In this document: one piece after another, positions 63,724-64,000 of the stretch
How the letters are laid out: each line of letters starts with the position of its first letter
Position numbering within the stretch: the stretch's first letter is position 1
Origin: Chiloscyllium plagiosum
Taxonomy: Eukaryota
NCBI RefSeq assembly: GCF_004010195.1
Contig: NC_057723.1
Span: 40,140,432-40,204,431 of the forward strand
Length of the DNA: 64,000 bases
Direction: 5' to 3'
Made by a program: the position numbers and the translations under genes
Notes under the pieces: generated by a model
Seen by the model: only the letters and a program-made list of their open reading frames with translations
Database searches by the model: none
What the model was told of the DNA's origin: nothing

Positions 63724-63826
63724 AAGCTGAGGAACTGTATCAAAAGAGAGTCTTGACCATTACTGGCATTTGTGTTGCTCTTCTTGTCGTTGGAATTGTG
63801 TGTGTAGTGGCATATTGTAAAACAAA
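63724..63826 (+). CDS. NRG2: Neuregulin 2 transmembrane exon
   Basis: Acceptor tttctgtttcCAG, donor AA|GTAAG. 103 nt, translating (E/K)AEELYQKRVLTITGICVALLVVGIVCVVAYCKTK. ICVALLVVGIVCVV is the NRG2 version (NRG1 is ICIALLVVGIMCVV). Confidence 0.97.
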
Positions 63827-64000
63827 GTAAGATTTTAAACCTTTCAGTTGCTATAATGTAAAGTTTCTTATGACCATTTAAATTAGCTTGTGGTTTGTTG
63901 CAAGTTAAGTTAATTTGATTCTTTTTTTAAAAATTGCATACAATTCAATAATTTACATTTTTGAGCGCTAATATGTTGCGGCTTTTTGAAGTTACTCTAA

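Noticed and set aside
21859-63826. Calling the gene NRG1
   Set aside because: The beta exon is NRG1-like, but the Cys3-Cys4 loop length, the GHARRCNE/CYYIDGIN sequence, the FFGQRCLE alpha exon and the TM residues all fit NRG2.
1-64000. The supplied ORFs as independent genes or an operon-like system
   Set aside because: All are short and are transposon relics, antisense shadows or chance frames. The real coding exons are too small to appear in the track.

Overview
Vertebrate genomic DNA, not prokaryotic. It is almost certainly an elasmobranch (shark or ray), judged from HE1 V-SINEs and HER1/CR1 LINEs. The window appears to lie inside one + strand gene, neuregulin 2 (NRG2), which the ORF track misses. 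Five short exons are readable with canonical AG/GT sites and matching phases: common EGF exon (21859-21982), EGF alpha (38007-38077), EGF beta (38336-38394), a 24-nt linker microexon (62033-62056) and the transmembrane exon (63724-63826). The rest is intron filled with decayed transposons: CR1/HER1, L2, a Tx1 3' end, a Gypsy gag-pol relic, two Harbinger transposase relics, several SINE classes and many Penelope-like (PLE) fragments. Most notable: (1) about ten PLE-derived minimal hammerhead ribozyme motifs, one with an intact core on the pre-mRNA strand inside a 111-bp inverted repeat; (2) inverted repeats bracketing the EGF exon; (3) NRG1-like features in this NRG2, including a near-NRG1 beta exon and possible beta3- and gamma-type read-through ends. 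I found no firm evidence of a wholly new system. Repeat boundaries are approximate, and family names and human comparisons come from recalled sequences, not database searches.
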